Assembly (NCBI GenBank): GCA_040755415.1
Contig: JBFMAZ010000013.1
Span: 10,877 to 74,876, forward strand
Direction: 5' to 3'
DNA length: 64,000 bases
Source of the DNA: Thermodesulfobacteriota bacterium
Lineage (GTDB): Bacteria > Desulfobacterota > QYQD01
Below the pieces are notes generated by a model. It did no database searches. It was not told where the DNA came from and saw only the letters and a program-made list of their open reading frames with translations. Every line of letters starts with the position of its first letter. The first letter of the stretch is position 1. Of the stretch, positions 48,251 through 58,197 are shown piece by piece. The position numbers and the translations under genes are program-made.

Positions 48251-49436
48251 CCTGCAGATAAAAGGCTTTTTATTTTCAGCTACCGAGGCCTCCATCAAAA
48301 AGCCGGGGCGTTTAGACGTAGGGCTTATTTATGCGGATAAGCCGGCTGTAGCGGCGGGCGTATTTACCAGAAATCGCGTCAAGGCTGCACCAGTTATTGT
48401 AAGCCGGGAGCGCCTGCGTCGGGGAACGGCTCAGGCCATCCTTGTAAACAGCGGTAATGCTAACGCCTGTACCGGAGAGCAAGGGCTGAAGGATGCCCGG
48501 GAGTCAGCGCGGGTTCTGGCCAAACATTTGAAGATAAAAGAAGGCCTGGCGCTGGTGGCCTCGACCGGCGTCATTGGTCAGTTTCTGCCGATGGAGAGGA
48601 TTAAGGAGGCCGTTCCCCCCCTGGTACAGTCCCTTTCGCCGAACCGACTGGCTGAGGTCAGCCGGGCTATCCTGACCACAGATAAGGTAAGCAAGACAGC
48701 CTTTCGCGAAGGTAATATCGGTGGCGTTCCCGTCCGTGTGGTAGCTATAGCCAAGGGGGCAGGAATGATTATGCCGCAGATGGCTACCATGCTCTGTTTT
48801 GTCATGACCGACGCCACTATAAAGGCTGATGCCCTGAGGGCATCTTTGCGTCGTGCGGTTTCGCTGTCTTTTAACCGGATCACGGTAGATGGAGATATGA
48901 GCACTAACGATTCGGTGATAATCCTGGCCAGTGGCGAAGCTAATAATAAGTGCATAAATATTGATGATTCTGCAGGCCGAAGCGTTTTTGAAAGGCTGCT
49001 GGGCGAGCTTCTTATGGACCTGGCCAGGATGATCGTACGGGATGGGGAGGGAGCCACGAAGCTGGTGGAGGTTCGGGTCACTGGCGCCGGCACGGTTGGC
49101 GAGGCCCGTAAGGCCGCTTACGCCGTGGCTAATTCCAGCCTGGTGAAGACAGCGCTGTTTGGGGAAGATGCTAACTGGGGGCGAATTATGGCCGCCCTGG
49201 GAAGGTCCGGGGTTCCCCTCGATCCGGGACGGGTGAGTATTGCCATAAATACGTTCCCCCTGGTCAAAAACGGCCTGGGTTGCGGACCGGCGGCAGAAAT
49301 GGCGGCTACCGGGGCTATGCGTCAGGAAGAATTCATCCTACACATAGACCTGGACCGGGGTTCTTCTGATTTTAACGTCTGGACATGCGACCTGTCTGCG
49401 GATTATGTACGTATAAATGCCTCATATCGCACCTGA
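48237..49436 (+). CDS. argJ: Bifunctional glutamate N-acetyltransferase/amino-acid acetyltransferase ArgJ (start moved to in-frame GTG just before secA stop)
   Basis: ...[22 protein letters not shown]..., ...[11 protein letters not shown]... (autoproteolytic ATML site). Track ORF start 48129 lies inside secA; GTG 48237 gives ~399 aa. Confidence 0.85.
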   Translation: MEENNLQIKGFLFSATEASIKKPGRLDVGLIYADKPAVAAGVFTRNRVKAAPVIVSRERLRRGTAQAILVNSGNANACTGEQGLKDARESARVLAKHLKIKEGLALVASTGVIGQFLPMERIKEAVPPLVQSLSPNRLAEVSRAILTTDKVSKTAFREGNIGGVPVRVVAIAKGAGMIMPQMATMLCFVMTDATIKADALRASLRRAVSLSFNRITVDGDMSTNDSVIILASGEANNKCINIDDSAGRSVFERLLGELLMDLARMIVRDGEGATKLVEVRVTGAGTVGEARKAAYAVANSSLVKTALFGEDANWGRIMAALGRSGVPLDPGRVSIAINTFPLVKNGLGCGPAAEMAATGAMRQEEFILHIDLDRGSSDFNVWTCDLSADYVRINASYRT

Positions 49437-49614
49437 TCAGTATATAATCCCTTTAAAGAACTATTTGATTTTAATTGCAAAGGCGGCATTTTTGTGTTAG
49501 AAGACAACGTTTTAAATACACACACCCTCTGATTAGCCTTGGTGTCCGCTCCGGGCGGGTTTAACGGTGAAATACGGAGGGTGGTGGAACTAACCAAGGA
49601 GCAGGAGGAATATT

Positions 49615-50433
49615 ATGACTTATGTTACCATGAAACAATTATTGGAAGCCGGGGTCCACTTTGGTCACCAGACCAAGCGGTGGAATCCCAAGATGAAACC
49701 TTACATTTTCGGCACTAGAAACGGTATCTATATTATCGACCTGCAAAAGACCGTGCAATTATTCAAGGCTGCTTACGATTTTATTGCGCAGGCGACAAGC
49801 GAGGGAAAATCTGTTTTATTTGTGGGAACGAAGAAACAGGCCCAGGAGTCTATTGTAGAAGAAGCCAAGCGCTGCGGTATGTTTTATGTGAACAATCGCT
49901 GGTTGGGAGGTACCTTAACTAATTTCCAGACTATCCGTAAAAGCATTGACCGCCTGAAGACCCTGGAGGCCATGAAAGAGGATGGAAGCATCCAGCGCTT
50001 CACAAAAAAAGAAATCCTTCAAATGGAAAAGGAGATCGTTAAGCTGGAGAAATCACTGGGGGGTATCAAAGAAATGGAAAAATTGCCCGGGGCCCTCTTC
50101 GTGGTTGATCCCCGGAAGGAGTATATTGCCATAAGCGAGGCCCGGAAGCTGGGTATCCACGTTGTTGCTATTGTTGATACTAATTGTGATCCCGACGGCA
50201 TTAATTACTTAATACCCGGAAATGATGATGCGATAAGGGCTATCAGGCTTCTCACCTCACGAATAGCCGATGCCTGCCTGGAAGGCAAAGGGCGTTTAGA
50301 GGAGGCCCTTCAGTCCGAAAGTGATAAAGCTGCTGCTGCGCTTGAGACCGAGTCTCCGGCAGAGGCGGGGTTGGAAGGGGATACTGGTCTACAAGAAGAA
50401 TTGTTACCGGCCTCAGCAGAGGATGAAGGTTAA
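49615..50433 (+). CDS. rpsB: 30S ribosomal protein S2
   Basis: [33 protein letters not shown]... Confidence 0.95.
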   Translation: MTYVTMKQLLEAGVHFGHQTKRWNPKMKPYIFGTRNGIYIIDLQKTVQLFKAAYDFIAQATSEGKSVLFVGTKKQAQESIVEEAKRCGMFYVNNRWLGGTLTNFQTIRKSIDRLKTLEAMKEDGSIQRFTKKEILQMEKEIVKLEKSLGGIKEMEKLPGALFVVDPRKEYIAISEARKLGIHVVAIVDTNCDPDGINYLIPGNDDAIRAIRLLTSRIADACLEGKGRLEEALQSESDKAAAALETESPAEAGLEGDTGLQEELLPASAEDEG

Positions 50434-50472
50434 CCCTGGCGATGTCAAGTTGAGAAGGAAGCGACAATTGGG

Positions 50473-50633
50473 AAATTCTAAATCCGAAACACGAAACTCG
50501 AAACAAATTCAAATGACCAAATGAGGGCAATGACCAAAACAAAAGATCGAAGAAGTTGCTGATAGACGTTTCAAACATTCGATATTTGAATTTCGGATTT
50601 GTTTCGGATTTCGGATTTCGATATTCGGATTTA
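50473..50633. repeat. AT-rich palindromic element family 2, full copy, in rpsB-tsf spacer
   Basis: gaaattctaaatccgaaacacgaaactcgaaacaaattcaaatgaccaaatga...gtttcaaacattcgatatttgaatttcggatttgtttcggatttcggatttcgatattcggattt; ~85% identical to 55908-56025. Confidence 0.75.
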
Positions 50634-50713
50634 GGTGCAGTTTTGCCACTCTGTGCGCTTCGTGGTTAATCTTTTGATAATAATATCTCAGTTGTTAAGG
50701 GGGAAGAACATAA

Positions 50714-51316
50714 GTGGAAATTTCGGCAAATGCTATAAAGGAATTGCGGGATAAAACCAATGCGGGCATCATGGATTGTAAGCTAGCTCTTAAGGAATGC
50801 CAGGGAGATATGGAAAAGGCAGTTGCCTACCTTCGTAAAAAGGGATTGGCCGTGGCCGTTAAACGCGCGGGCCGGGCGATGACCGAAGGAGCTGTTCAGG
50901 CTTATATCCATGCCGGCGGCAAAATAGGAGTGCTGGTAGAGGTCAATTGTGAAACAGATTTTGTGGCCAAGACAGACCAATTCCAGGAATTTGTTAAGAA
51001 TATAAGTATGCATATCGCTGCGGCCAGTCCTCTTTATCTCCGCAGGGAGGATGTCCCGGCCGCGGTGATAGAAAAAGAGAAGGAGATTTACCGCGCTCAG
51101 GCCGTTGAAACCGGAAAGCCGGAGAAGATCCTGGATAAGATAGTTGAGGGACGGCTAGAGAAATATTATGGTGAAATCTGCCTCTTAGAGCAAAAATACG
51201 TCCGCGATCCTGACCTTACCATCCAGGATGTCTTAAATGAGTTAATAACCAAGACCGGAGAAAATGTTTCTATCCGGCGCTTTATACGGTACCAACTCGG
51301 TGAGAATGGTGAATAA
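50714..51316 (+). CDS. tsf: Elongation factor Ts (short form, GTG start)
   Basis: [28 protein letters not shown]... Confidence 0.9.
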   Translation: MEISANAIKELRDKTNAGIMDCKLALKECQGDMEKAVAYLRKKGLAVAVKRAGRAMTEGAVQAYIHAGGKIGVLVEVNCETDFVAKTDQFQEFVKNISMHIAAASPLYLRREDVPAAVIEKEKEIYRAQAVETGKPEKILDKIVEGRLEKYYGEICLLEQKYVRDPDLTIQDVLNELITKTGENVSIRRFIRYQLGENGE

Positions 51317-51321
51317 GTCTG

Positions 51322-52047
51322 ATGACCCGGCCCACCTATAAACGAGTCTTACTAAAATTAAGTGGTGAGGCCCTGATGGGCGGTCAATCCTTTGGCATAA
51401 GCCACGATGTCCTGACTTTTATCTCTGAAGAGATTAAAGAGATAATGGGCCTGGGCGTACAACTGGCGGTAGTCATTGGTGGCGGCAATATCTTTCGGGG
51501 CATAGCCGGTGCTTCCCATGGCATGGATAGGGCCTCTGCCGACTATATGGGCATGTTGGCTACGGTGATAAATGCCCTGGCCCTCCAGGATGCCCTGGAA
51601 AAAAAGGGCGTCCAGACCCGGGTGCAGACTGCCATAGAGATGCGGGAAGTAGCCGAACCCTATATAAGACGGCGCTCGATCCGGCATCTGGAAAAAGGGA
51701 GGGTGGTTATATTCGGGGCCGGTACCGGTAACCCTTATTTTACCACGGACACCACCGCTGCCCTCCGCGCCATGGAGATTCATGCCGATGTTATACTTAA
51801 GGCCACGCGAGTGGACGGGGTCTATGACCGTGATCCTCTTAAGGATAAAAAGGCCAAGAAGTTCCGTAAGTTGACCTACATGGATGTATTGCAGAGAAAT
51901 TTACGCGTTATGGATGCCACGGCTATTTCTTTAGCTATGGATCATCAAAAGCCTATAATAATCTTCAATATTCAAAAAAAGGGAAGTATTAAAAAGGCTA
52001 TCTTTGGAAAACCAGTCGGAACGATAGTGCAGGGTGCCGGACAATGA
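51322..52047 (+). CDS. pyrH: UMP kinase
   Basis: ...[11 protein letters not shown]..., ...[11 protein letters not shown].... Confidence 0.95.
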   Translation: MTRPTYKRVLLKLSGEALMGGQSFGISHDVLTFISEEIKEIMGLGVQLAVVIGGGNIFRGIAGASHGMDRASADYMGMLATVINALALQDALEKKGVQTRVQTAIEMREVAEPYIRRRSIRHLEKGRVVIFGAGTGNPYFTTDTTAALRAMEIHADVILKATRVDGVYDRDPLKDKKAKKFRKLTYMDVLQRNLRVMDATAISLAMDHQKPIIIFNIQKKGSIKKAIFGKPVGTIVQGAGQ

Positions 52048-52601
52048 AGGACGAGGTCTTAAAAGATTTAAAGGCTAAAATGGAAAAGGCCATCGAGGTC
52101 TTTAAGCATGAACTGGCCAGGGTGCGTACCGGAAGGGCCTCTGTCTCCTTGCTTGACGGCATCAAGGTGGACTATTATGGCTCCATGTTGCCGCTTAACC
52201 AGGTGGCCTCCCTTACTGTACCGGAGCCCAGGCTTATTACTATTCAGCCCTGGGATACTAATGCCCTGGCCAATATTGAGCGGGCTATACTTAAATCAGA
52301 ACTGGGACTTACACCGGCAAATGACGGGAAAATTATACGGATAGCCATCCCGCCTCTTACAGAAGAACGGCGGAAAGAGATCGTTAAATTAGCTAAAAAG
52401 ATTGCTGAGGAATATCGGGTTATCCTTCGGAACTTACGCCGCGATGCCAATGAAGAACTTAAGGATTTAAAAAAAGAAAAGGTAATTTCAGAGGATGAAT
52501 CCTTTGCTGCGCAGGAAGAGGTACAAAAGATAACAGATACCTATATTCAAAAGGTGGAGCAGCTTTACACTGAAAAGGAGAAAGAGATATTGGCGTTTTA
52601 A
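52044..52601 (+). CDS. frr: Ribosome recycling factor
   Basis: 185 aa, ...[24 protein letters not shown].... Confidence 0.95.
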   Translation: MKDEVLKDLKAKMEKAIEVFKHELARVRTGRASVSLLDGIKVDYYGSMLPLNQVASLTVPEPRLITIQPWDTNALANIERAILKSELGLTPANDGKIIRIAIPPLTEERRKEIVKLAKKIAEEYRVILRNLRRDANEELKDLKKEKVISEDESFAAQEEVQKITDTYIQKVEQLYTEKEKEILAF

Positions 52602-52605
52602 TAAA

Positions 52606-52665
52606 TAGCTCATGGCTGATAGCTGATAGCTCATGGTTAAGAGCTATGAGCCATGAGCTATGAGC
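52606..52665. terminator. Long imperfect hairpin after frr (possible terminator/mRNA stabiliser)
   Basis: TAGCTCATGGCTGATAGCTGATAGCTCATGGttaaGAGCTATGAGCCATGAGCTATGAGC followed by gaTTTTcTcT. Confidence 0.4.
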
Positions 52666-52732
52666 GATTTTCTCTCCCTGGAAATTATCCGGTCATTCTC
52701 TAACTTATCTCTCGATGTAGAGGTCGGAGACT

Positions 52733-53503
52733 TTGCCTCGCTCAGATAGCCCGTTGTTAGAACCAACAAAATTGCCCCGGCATTTAGCCATAATCATGGA
52801 TGGAAATGGACGCTGGGCAAAATTGCGTTCTCTACCCCGTATTGCCGGTCACCGGCAAGGTGCTGAATCTGTACGCGAGGTAGTCCGGGCTTGCCGGGAA
52901 ATAGGGATCAAGTTTCTTACCTTATATGCCTTTTCTCAAGAAAACTGGCAACGTCCGCCGGCTGAAGTCAAGGCCCTTATGGGTCTCCTTTCTGATTATT
53001 TAGAAAAAGAACTGGCGGAGATGCTCGCCAATGGGATATCGCTAAGGACTGTCGGGGATATAAAAAGGCTCCCCCCTCCTATTTATGAGCTATTGTTGCG
53101 TACGATTAAACAAACGAAATCTAATCAGGATATGGTTCTCACCCTGGCCTTAAGTTACAGCGGCCGTGATGAGATCGTGCGTGCCGCGCGGGAGATGGCC
53201 CGCAGGGTAAAACAGGGCATCTTACAACCAGATGAAATAAGCGAAGAATATATAAGCCAGACCCTGGATACCGCCACCGCCGGCCTACCTGATCCAGACT
53301 TCCTTATAAGAACCAGCGGCGAATATCGTATAAGTAATTTTCTCATCTGGCAAACGGCCTACACGGAAATTTATATCACCGCCGTCTTATGGCCAGACTT
53401 CCGTAGAGAGGACCTTATACAGGCACTTCTGGATTACCAGGGAAGAGAGCGGCGTTTTGGCCTGACCAGTGAACAGATTGAAAGCGCCCATGCAGCACCT
53501 TAA
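52733..53503 (+). CDS. uppS: Isoprenyl transferase (undecaprenyl-diphosphate synthase)
   Basis: HLAIIMDGNGRWA..., ...FSQENWQRP..., C-terminal ...ERRFG. Confidence 0.9.
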   Translation: MPRSDSPLLEPTKLPRHLAIIMDGNGRWAKLRSLPRIAGHRQGAESVREVVRACREIGIKFLTLYAFSQENWQRPPAEVKALMGLLSDYLEKELAEMLANGISLRTVGDIKRLPPPIYELLLRTIKQTKSNQDMVLTLALSYSGRDEIVRAAREMARRVKQGILQPDEISEEYISQTLDTATAGLPDPDFLIRTSGEYRISNFLIWQTAYTEIYITAVLWPDFRREDLIQALLDYQGRERRFGLTSEQIESAHAAP

Positions 53504-54296
53504 ACGTATAATAACCGCTCTGATTGCTACGCCCCTTCTAATAGCCATTATATGGTACGGGCCCAGGTCTGTTTTTTTGTTGGTGATTCTGGCCACGGTA
53601 GTGATTAGTTTGCTGGAGTACTACGCCCTGGCCAGGAGAACTGATCTCTCCCTCCCGGTTTATCTCGGCATCTTGTTAGGCGGCCTCATCGTCCTTTCCA
53701 GTTATAACTTTTCCTTCCCCTGCACCCTGGCCATGCTTTTCTTAGTCACGGCCTCGAGTCTTGCATACTATTTGTTCACTTATGAGCCTCATCCCAAGGT
53801 CATTCATTCAATGGGCATCTTCATTTCTGGTCTGGTATATGCGGCCTTTTTTCTATCCCACCTGGTTCTTATAAGACACCTGGCCATGGGACGTATCTGG
53901 ATCTTGTTCCTCTTGGCCGTAGTCTTTGCAGGTGATGCCGGCGCTTACTGCGTGGGCGTTCTCTTGGGACGTCGCAAGCTTTATCCGCGCGTAAGCCCGG
54001 GAAAGACCATAGAAGGAGCTATCGGGGGACTGGCGGCCAGTATCGGCGCAGCCTATCTCATGAGGATCTATTTTATCCCCTGGATGACTGTGAGACAGGT
54101 TATTTTTCTGGCCCTTTCCCTGGGGATTGCCGCTCAAATTGGAGACCTTGTGGAGTCTATGTTTAAACGGTCTGCTCAGGTGAAAGACTCAGGGAAACTC
54201 TTTCCAGGGCATGGGGGGATGCTGGATCGCATAGATGGGGTTATCCTGGCCGCACCCGTCCTGTTTTACGAGCTGGTGTTTTTCATCCGGCCATAA
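53469..54296 (+). CDS. cdsA: Phosphatidate cytidylyltransferase
   Basis: Multi-TM; C-terminal CTP-transferase signature ...SMFKRSAQVKDSGKLFPGHGGMLDRIDG.... Confidence 0.9.
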   Translation: MNRLKAPMQHLKRIITALIATPLLIAIIWYGPRSVFLLVILATVVISLLEYYALARRTDLSLPVYLGILLGGLIVLSSYNFSFPCTLAMLFLVTASSLAYYLFTYEPHPKVIHSMGIFISGLVYAAFFLSHLVLIRHLAMGRIWILFLLAVVFAGDAGAYCVGVLLGRRKLYPRVSPGKTIEGAIGGLAASIGAAYLMRIYFIPWMTVRQVIFLALSLGIAAQIGDLVESMFKRSAQVKDSGKLFPGHGGMLDRIDGVILAAPVLFYELVFFIRP

Positions 54297-54360
54297 GCTG
54301 GTTGTGAATTATATATCGATGTCATTGGCTTAGAGCGGGTGGAGCGATTTTTCTAATAAT

Positions 54361-54700
54361 TTCGAAATCCGAAGCACGAAATACGAAACAAATTCAAATG
54401 CCTAAAATACAAAATTCAAAATATAATTTGGAGTAACATTTTAGGTTTTTGAAAAATATACCTAAGCAAGGCGCTATAAGGGCCAAAATCCCCCTCAATC
54501 CCCCTTTTCCAAAGGGGGAAGTGTTTCTCCTCCCTTTGGAAAAGGGAGGTTGGGAGGGATTTAAGAATACTTTTTCAAACAGCTAAACTGATACAATTTG
54601 GAAGATCGCGCCCTTGGTTCGCTGAAATTGAATAAGGTTTTGAAAATTTGATATTTGAATTTCGGATTTGTTTCGGATTTTGATATTCGATATTCGAATT
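54361..54700. repeat. Composite: family-2 AT-rich palindrome arms (54361-54425 and 54646-54700) with a 5'-truncated MITE (54486-54594) nested at its centre
   Basis: Left arm tcgaaatccgaagcacgaaatacgaaacaaattcaaatgcc...; right arm ...tttgaatttcggatttgtttcggattttgatattcgatattcgaa; centre carries aaaatccccctcaatcccccttttccaaaggggg...ctttttcaaacagctaaactgatac. Confidence 0.7.
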
Positions 54701-54739
54701 TTTTAAAATATATTAGCTTAGAAGGGGCGGGGCGGCCTT

Positions 54740-55909
54740 TTGAAAAGACTATCTATCCTGGGTTCTACCGGCTCTATTGGGCGCAACGTCCTGGAAGTGG
54801 TAGCGCGTTTTCCGGAACGTTTCCAGGTAGCCGGCCTTTCTGCCGGCAAGAACATCGGATTGTTGATAGAACAGATTGAACGATTTAGGCCGCGCCTGGT
54901 CTCTGTTCAGGATGAGAGACTGGCTGTGGAGTTAAAGGCCCGGATCCCAGCGGGGCTGGGCGTGGAGGTTGCTTCCGGTATAAACGGGTATAGAGAGGTG
55001 GCTACGCTGCCGGAAGTTGATATGGTCGTCTCGGCTATGGTGGGTGCAGCCGGTCTCGTGCCCACTTATGAGGCCATCTGTGCGGGGAAGAATATTGCCC
55101 TGGCCAATAAAGAGGTCCTGGTTACCGCCGGTTCGCTGATTATGAAAGCAGTCAGGGATAAGGGCGTCTCCATTATTCCTGTGGATAGTGAGCATAACGC
55201 TATTTTCCAGTCCCTGTCAGGACACCGTAAAGAAGATGTCAGAAGGATCATACTTACAGCCTCAGGTGGACCGTTCTTACATTATTCTCCTGAGATGATG
55301 CACAGCATAACCCCGGCCGAGGCCTTAAAACATCCCAACTGGCAAATGGGCAGGAAAATAACTGTTGACTCTGCCTCTTTGATGAACAAGGGACTGGAGG
55401 TCATAGAGGCCAGGTGGCTTTTTGATCTCTCCGTCGAGCAGATAGCCGTGCAAATACACCCACAGAGTATAGTGCATTCTATGGTGGAGTATATAGATGG
55501 TTCCATAATTGCTCAACTGGGCATGCCGGACATGCGTATCCCGATTGCCTATGCCCTTTCCGTCCCGGAGCGGATCGATATGGGGCTTCCCCGGTTGGAC
55601 CTCCCGTCAGTAAATAACCTGACTTTTTTAGAACCGGATATGGACAAATTTCCGTGCCTGCGGCTGGCGTATGAGGCCTGTAAGCAGGGGGGGACCCTGC
55701 CCGTTGTCCTTAATGCGGCCAACGAAGTAGCGGTAGATGCCTTTCTCGAAGGCAGTATTCGATTCACGGATATTGCCCGTGTCGTGGAAGGTACCATGTA
55801 TGGTCTGGAAACTCCTGTAATCAATTCGATCGAAGATGTTCTCAGGGTAGATCATCTGGCCAGAATCCGGGCTGAAGAAGAGGTTAAAGCTTATTCACCG
55901 CAGAGATGA
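54740..55909 (+). CDS. dxr: 1-deoxy-D-xylulose 5-phosphate reductoisomerase (TTG start)
   Basis: MKRLSILGSTGSIGRNVLEVV N-terminal NADPH motif; 389 aa. Confidence 0.9.
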   Translation: MKRLSILGSTGSIGRNVLEVVARFPERFQVAGLSAGKNIGLLIEQIERFRPRLVSVQDERLAVELKARIPAGLGVEVASGINGYREVATLPEVDMVVSAMVGAAGLVPTYEAICAGKNIALANKEVLVTAGSLIMKAVRDKGVSIIPVDSEHNAIFQSLSGHRKEDVRRIILTASGGPFLHYSPEMMHSITPAEALKHPNWQMGRKITVDSASLMNKGLEVIEARWLFDLSVEQIAVQIHPQSIVHSMVEYIDGSIIAQLGMPDMRIPIAYALSVPERIDMGLPRLDLPSVNNLTFLEPDMDKFPCLRLAYEACKQGGTLPVVLNAANEVAVDAFLEGSIRFTDIARVVEGTMYGLETPVINSIEDVLRVDHLARIRAEEEVKAYSPQR

Positions 55910-56025
55910 AAAATTCGAAATCCGAAGCACGAAACTCGAAACAAACTCAAATGACCAAATGAAAGCAATGACTAAAACGAAAAATCGAAGGCGTTGCTGA
56001 TGGACGTTTCGAACATTCGATATTC
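55908..56025. repeat. AT-rich palindromic element family 2, copy in dxr-rseP spacer
   Basis: gaaaaattcgaaatccgaagcacgaaactcgaaacaaactcaaatgaccaaatgaaagcaatgactaaaacgaaaaatcgaaggcgttgctgatggacgtttcgaacattcgatattcggattt. Confidence 0.75.
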
Positions 56026-56102
56026 GGATTTGGTCGCGGCTATGCCGCGCTGTGTACTCTGTGGTTAGGCTTTGAAATACCGTGTGTAGGGAAAGAGGAT
56101 AG

Positions 56103-57170
56103 ATGACGACTGTTTTTACCGTGATAATAGTCCTGGGCGTATTGATCCTGGTGCATGAACTGGGACATTTTTTGCTGGCCAAAGTCTTTAAGGTCAGGGT
56201 CGAAAAATTTTCTTTGGGCTTTGGCCCCAGGATATGGGGCAAGGTGGCTGGTGAAACGGAATATCGAATATCAGCCGTACCCCTCGGTGGTTATGTCAAA
56301 CTTTTTGGCGAAAACCCCGGAGAAACCATCGAAGTTGATGAAAGGAACAGATCCTTTATTCATAAGAAGATATGGCAACGGGGGCTTATCGTAGCAGCAG
56401 GGCCTTTTTCCAATCTTATTTTTGCCTTTTTCATATTTTTTATCACTTTCATGATCTTCGGGCAACCTACACTACCAACGACCATAGGGGGCGTGGAAGA
56501 TAGGCTACCTGCGCAAGCGGCCGGCCTTAGGCCCGGCGATCGGATCACCCATATCAACGGCCGCCCCGTAAAAGAGTGGGATGAACTTGCCGGGATGGTC
56601 CGCAAGGGCGGTAAACAGCCGCTGGATATTTACGCGGTACGCGACGGCAAGGCCTTCAGGGTACAGATAACGCCGGTTATAACTGCGCATCGCAATATAT
56701 TTGGTGAGGAAGTTATGGTCCCGGTGATCGGGGTATCGGCTTCTGACGATATTGTTATGGACAAGATGAATCCCATCGAGGCTTTTGTAGCCGGAATCGA
56801 CCGGACCGGAAAAATTGTATATATAACATATGTAAGTATTATAAAACTGGTACAGCGGATTGTGCCGGTGTCTACCCTGGGGGGGCCTATTCTTATTGCT
56901 CAATTAGCCGGTGAGCAGGCACAGGCAGGGATGGTTCCACTTCTCTTTTTTGTGGCCTTATTGAGCATCAATCTGGGTGTTCTAAACTTGTTACCAATAC
57001 CCATCCTGGATGGTGGACATCTTCTGTTCCTGGGTATCGAGCTGATCCTGGGGCGGCCGGTCAGTCTCAAAAAAAGGGAGATTGCCCAGCAAATCGGGCT
57101 GGTTATTCTTATTTCCCTTATGGCCGTGGTCTTTTACAATGATATCGTTCGCCTCCTGGTAAAAGGGTGA
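56103..57170 (+). CDS. rseP: RIP metalloprotease RseP (site-2 protease, HExxH + PDZ)
   Basis: VLILVHELGHFLLAK (HExxH in TM1), PDZ ...GLRPGDRITHINGRPV..., LDG motif ...PILDGGHLLF.... Confidence 0.9.
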   Translation: MTTVFTVIIVLGVLILVHELGHFLLAKVFKVRVEKFSLGFGPRIWGKVAGETEYRISAVPLGGYVKLFGENPGETIEVDERNRSFIHKKIWQRGLIVAAGPFSNLIFAFFIFFITFMIFGQPTLPTTIGGVEDRLPAQAAGLRPGDRITHINGRPVKEWDELAGMVRKGGKQPLDIYAVRDGKAFRVQITPVITAHRNIFGEEVMVPVIGVSASDDIVMDKMNPIEAFVAGIDRTGKIVYITYVSIIKLVQRIVPVSTLGGPILIAQLAGEQAQAGMVPLLFFVALLSINLGVLNLLPIPILDGGHLLFLGIELILGRPVSLKKREIAQQIGLVILISLMAVVFYNDIVRLLVKG

Positions 57171-57186
57171 ATAGAGCGGGTAATAT

Positions 57187-57891
57187 TTGAAGATTCTGGC
57201 TGTCGATACGGCTACTCATACCGGTAGTGTAGCCCTCACGGATAATGAAGTAGTACTGGCTGAATACAACCTCTTCAGTAAAGAGACGCATAGCCGGCGT
57301 TTATTGCAGGCGGTAGATTATCTTTTGGCCCAAACCAGATTAGCCTTGAACGATATTGATGGCCTGGCCGTGACTATAGGGCCGGGCAGCTTTACCGGTA
57401 TCCGGATCGGCCTGGCTACTTTCAAGGGATTGGCCCTGGCCACCGGTAAACCGGTCATGGGCATATCAACTCTGGATGCCCTGGCCGCAAACTTTCCCGT
57501 GGCCGACCGTCCTGTGTTTCCGGTTATTGATGCCCGAAAGAGAGAGGTTTTTACGGCTGCTTATTATCCAGATGAGGCAGGTCGCTTGATAAAGGCCTCG
57601 CCTGAGTTAGTCCTCTTGCCGCAGGACCTTGCCGCACGGATAGAAGAGCGGGTGATACTGGTCGGAGATGGTCTCTGGTCTTACGGAGAGTTCTTTGAAA
57701 AGGAGCTTGGTGACAGGGCATTCTTTGCACCCGGCTCCCTTTCTTTTATCCGGGCTTCTAATGTGGCTTTCCTGGCTGAAGAGAAGTTTAAGGCCGGAGA
57801 GCAGGCCGATATTGTTACCATGGTTCCTACATATATCCGGCCATCCGAAGCCGAGCTAAAATGGGCCGGAAAAGATGGGGGCATATCCTGA
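57187..57891 (+). CDS. tsaB: tRNA threonylcarbamoyladenosine biosynthesis protein TsaB
   Basis: MKILAVDTATHTGSVAL... YeaZ/TsaB N-terminal fold; 234 aa. Confidence 0.85.
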   Translation: MKILAVDTATHTGSVALTDNEVVLAEYNLFSKETHSRRLLQAVDYLLAQTRLALNDIDGLAVTIGPGSFTGIRIGLATFKGLALATGKPVMGISTLDALAANFPVADRPVFPVIDARKREVFTAAYYPDEAGRLIKASPELVLLPQDLAARIEERVILVGDGLWSYGEFFEKELGDRAFFAPGSLSFIRASNVAFLAEEKFKAGEQADIVTMVPTYIRPSEAELKWAGKDGGIS

Positions 57892-57938
57892 TCAGCTTTA
57901 AGGCATAAAACAAATGTACTAAAATCGATGATAATCAG

Positions 57939-57968
57939 TTGACAAATCAGGCGGTTATTTCTTATAGT
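57939..57968 (+). promoter_or_regulatory. Strong sigma70-like promoter: -35 TTGACA, 18-nt spacer, -10 TATAGT, driving DUF465-ilvBNC leader
   Basis: cagTTGACAaatcaggcggttatttctTATAGTggac. Confidence 0.5.
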
Positions 57969-58017
57969 GGACAAGGTTCAATGAACTCGTAAAAGGTCAA
58001 ATTTACCGCAGAGGTCG

Positions 58018-58074
58018 CCTGTCTGCGTCTGCCTGTGCGTGTCCGCACGCAGACAGGTGCAACGCACAGGCAGG
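58018..58074 (+). promoter_or_regulatory. Leader RNA structure with interleaved inverted repeats (pseudoknot or mutually exclusive hairpins)
   Basis: seg1 CCTGTCTGCGT(58018-28), seg2 CTGCCTGTGCGT(58029-40), seg1' ACGCAGACAGG(58047-57), seg2' ACGCACAGGCAG(58062-73): 1 pairs 1', 2 pairs 2' in 1-2-1'-2' order. Confidence 0.45.
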
Positions 58075-58197
58075 CTGAGAACGCCGAGATAATATTCAAT
58101 AGTCAGTTGTAACGGACAACGGACAATGAGTGCTCAGCGGTGAAAAGGCTTTTTTACGGATTGATAAAGTTTAGTTCGCGAGGGATGGTAATAAGGT

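Noticed and set aside
54655-54879. 74-aa ORF overlapping dxr start
   Set aside because: It starts inside the AT-rich repeat arm and overlaps the well-supported dxr N-terminus in another frame.
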